From Octopus sinensis (taxonomy: Eukaryota), in contig NC_043009.1 of assembly GCF_006345805.1 (NCBI RefSeq), positions 14,012,001 through 14,076,000 on the forward strand: 64,000 nucleotides of DNA. The letters run 5' to 3'. The position numbers and the translations under genes were made by a program. The number at the start of each line of letters is the position of its first letter. The first letter of the stretch is position 1. The notes under the pieces are model-generated. The model ran no database searches, was not told the DNA's origin, and saw nothing but the letters and a program-made list of their open reading frames with translations. Positions 63,090-64,000 of this stretch are shown here, in pieces.

Positions 63090-63210
63090 AGCCAAATCCA
63101 CTCACAAGGCTTTTGACGGCTCGAGGCTATAGTAGGAGACACTTGCCCAAGATGCCGGAACGATGTTGTTGGGAAGCAACTTTCTTACCATACAGCCACT
63201 CCTGCGCCTA
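63090..63210 (-). mobile_element. Family C SINE 5' half
   Basis: Head 'ggcgcaggagtggctgtatggtaag'. Confidence 0.85.
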
Positions 63211-63245
63211 TACATACATACATACATACATATATATATATATAT

Positions 63246-63301
<56 letters not shown>

Positions 63302-63566
63302 AAATAACCAACAAGGATATCCAGAGGTAATGCAGTTCGATCGTTTCATGTGACTCCATTTAATTGAACAATGAAAATATTACATCAATTTTTAAAATAT
63401 AGAGCAATCTTCGGCTGCATGAAAATATAGAATTTAATTAAATTCGAAGGAATCATTTGTATAATTTTCTTTTTATCCAAAATCACAAAGAGGATAAATA
63501 GATAGACAAAGAACATGTCTTATCAACAACATCACACACACACATATTTATATATATATATTCATA

Positions 63567-63607
<41 letters not shown>

Positions 63608-63827
63608 TATATTATATATATATATATAATGTACTATTGACTATTTATATTTGCATCTAGATACTAATATGTGTATGTTTATTATCACAATATTAAGTTG
63701 AAGAACTGAAACGTTGAATATGAAACATATATATGTTTACTAATTTATATTATTTATTTGCATCATTATGTATATGTATATTTTTATATGTATAGGAGTG
63801 TGAGTATATGCACTCATATGTATATGT

Positions 63828-63958
63828 ATATCTCCGAGGAGGCCTTATGATATTTTTGTAAATGTCTCATTTATATCTATATATTGACCTACCATAAAAG
63901 GCTAATATTGGTAAAATGAGACATACTTATCTACATGGCCGAAACAGCTGTAAGATGT
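63828..63958 (+). ncRNA. Type I hammerhead motif with ~90-nt insertion in stem II (U4C variant)
   Basis: AUAUCU CCGAGGA GGCC-[92 nt]-GGCC GAAA C AGCU G UA|AGAUGU; 6-bp stem I, palindromic stem III ACAGCUGU. Confidence 0.78.
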
Positions 63959-64000
63959 AATCTATACTTATATTTATATTTACTTATATTTATATTCTCT

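Overview
Non-coding, AT-rich animal DNA made almost entirely of transposable-element debris and microsatellites, with one 100-N assembly gap (14122-14221). From recall, the repeat families and extreme microsatellite load resemble an octopus (coleoid cephalopod) genome; I have not verified this by search. No intact host protein-coding gene can be supported, and most ORFs in the track are microsatellite read-throughs or TE remnants. Identifiable elements are RTE, R4/Dong, CR1-type and Penelope-like (PLE) retroelements; mariner, maT and Tc1 DNA transposons and MITEs; a Helitron remnant; and about 35 copies or fragments of several tRNA-derived SINE families. The main hidden signal is about 11 minimal type I hammerhead-ribozyme (HHR) motifs from roughly seven unrelated repeat families. 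Two belong to a unit built as tRNA-derived Pol III head + (AAT)n + hammerhead, and one copy of that unit is fused directly to the end of a Penelope RT/GIY-YIG ORF. Secondary signals are combinatorial head/body/tail shuffling among SINEs, a LINE-SINE shared 3' tail, SINE dimers with a fixed palindromic junction, a SINE-internal microsatellite that collects other insertions, and several long inverted repeats.
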